Below are positions 16,670-17,846 of a stretch of 17,846 bases of DNA, in pieces (position 1 is the stretch's first letter; each line of letters starts with the position of its first letter). Source of the DNA: a bacterium (GTDB lineage Bacteria > Bacteroidota > Ignavibacteria > UBA10030); assembly GCA_043803945.1 (NCBI GenBank), contig JAZDJN010000037.1, positions 1 to 17,846 of the forward strand, given 5' to 3'. The notes under the pieces were generated by a model, which searched no databases, had not been told where the DNA came from, and saw only the letters and a list, made by a program, of their open reading frames with translations. The translations under genes and the position numbers were made by a program.

Positions 16670-17359
16670 TCAGACCGATGCCTGTTCTCCTGTCGGAATA
16701 CGAGGCGACCGTTTTGTATCCAACCAATGGAAGAGGAGAAAGAGTATAAGAGGAAGGAATATCCAACTCAGGGCCGGGCCGTAGATATTCTCAGGTTTTG
16801 GCCCCTGAAGCTGACCGTAAAATGCCACTGCTGCCAAGAGGTACGTCACAACGATCATGGCATAGTTTGCGATGATACCCTCTCCTTTTGTGGCTCTGAA
16901 ATAGCACTCCAATCCGAAAAGGAGCAGCAGAAGCTCGATGAGCATCGAAAAGACAACGTCTTCCCAAAGCCCGAGCCCTACGCTCCAATCACCTGCACCA
17001 AAGAGCGGCAATCCTTTTACATGGACAATGATATCGAGAAGCGTATGGGATTGAAATGCAATGGCAATTGCCAGAGCCCGCTTTATCCGTTGCTCTCCCT
17101 TTGTGAATTTCCAAATGCCAAGGAAGAGCAGCAGGGCAACGAGCACATTCGCGAGAAGATTATGAGAGATTGGAAACGTGAAGAGAAGATATCGGCCTGT
17201 TAGAAAATCTTTCGGGACGATGAAGCCCTCGATTCCGATAAGCGTCAGCACACCTAAGAACATATCTGGCAACAATGCAGCAAGGACAAGCCAGGAAACA
17301 TTTATCTGAGGATCGATTTTCTTGCAGGCGATCCCGGCACCAATATGGCCGATAAGCAT
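16670..17359 (-). CDS. Membrane-bound metal-dependent hydrolase family (YdjM-like) protein (229 aa)
   Basis: MLIGH, LPD, SH and SHTLLDIIVH motifs with multiple transmembrane segments. Start at ATG 17359 avoids overlap with the upstream gene. Confidence 0.75.
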   Translation of the reverse strand: MLIGHIGAGIACKKIDPQINVSWLVLAALLPDMFLGVLTLIGIEGFIVPKDFLTGRYLLFTFPISHNLLANVLVALLLFLGIWKFTKGEQRIKRALAIAIAFQSHTLLDIIVHVKGLPLFGAGDWSVGLGLWEDVVFSMLIELLLLLFGLECYFRATKGEGIIANYAMIVVTYLLAAVAFYGQLQGPKPENIYGPALSWIFLPLILFLLFHWLDTKRSPRIPTGEQASV

Positions 17360-17396
17360 AACGCTTAGATTCCTCGATACTCTGTCTGGGATCGAC

Positions 17397-17846
17397 TCAT
17401 ACCCAGCCCCGAAGTTTGCATGCTTCAGCGACGCGGGCCACTCCGACAACCATTGCCGCCAGGCGTGGATGGACCTGTTTCTCTTTGATTGCCTGTTGCA
17501 CCGTATGGTAAGCTTTCGTTATCTTCTCATCGAGCCGCTGATGGACGATCTCTTCATTCCAGAAATAGGAATACTTATCCTGCACCATCTCGAAGTAGGA
17601 GACCGTAACACCTCCGGCACTCGCGAGGATATCGGGAATGACATAAATTCCTTTGCGATGGAGAATGATGTCTGCTTCGGGTGTTGTGGGACCGTTCGCA
17701 AGTTCACACACAATCCGCGCTTTGATTTTATCCACGTTATTTTCATTAATTGAATTCTCGAGTGCTGCGGGATAGAGTACATCCACATTGAGTTCGAGGA
17801 CAGAATCGCGTTGGATTTACCGGGGTCCGGGAAAAACAAACACCGT
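17397..17846 (-). CDS. gdhA: Glu/Leu/Phe/Val dehydrogenase (glutamate dehydrogenase), 3' part, truncated by the window edge
   Basis: [47 protein letters not shown]. In-frame TAA at 17819-17817 near the window edge. Confidence 0.9.

Noticed and set aside
16640-17753. Plus-strand ORFs 16640-17203 and 17322-17753
   Set aside because: Antisense shadows of the membrane hydrolase and glutamate dehydrogenase genes.
1-17846. Integron integrase, transposase, rRNA or tRNA genes
   Set aside because: No tyrosine-recombinase, DDE or HUH motifs in any ORF, and no structural RNA gene signature recognised.

Overview
Bacterial DNA, probably Ignavibacteria or a related FCB-group lineage. This is inferred from a T9SS-type C-terminal sorting domain (NFPNPFNPSTTI) together with strong Shine-Dalgarno sites. 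The left ~8.5 kb reads as a decaying integron-like cassette array with no integrase in the window. Five long attC-like elements (about 150-270 bp) and one left half-site separate these genes: a TIR-Nudix-like-SAM methyltransferase fusion followed by a pseudogene remnant, a secreted BNR beta-propeller, an inverted HTH-less LacI-type ligand-binding protein, a lipoprotein and an NAD-dependent epimerase. Cassette ends carry extended inverted repeats, and the attC-like sites contain small palindromic inserts. The right ~9 kb is ordinary chromosome, mostly on the minus strand: SDR, CocE/NonD hydrolase, orphan DNA methyltransferase, RDD protein, HEAT-like protein, S9 peptidase, membrane metal-dependent hydrolase and the 3' end of a glutamate dehydrogenase. 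Nested REP/MITE-like palindromes lie in its intergenic regions. All family calls come from motif recognition by eye; no database searches were run.
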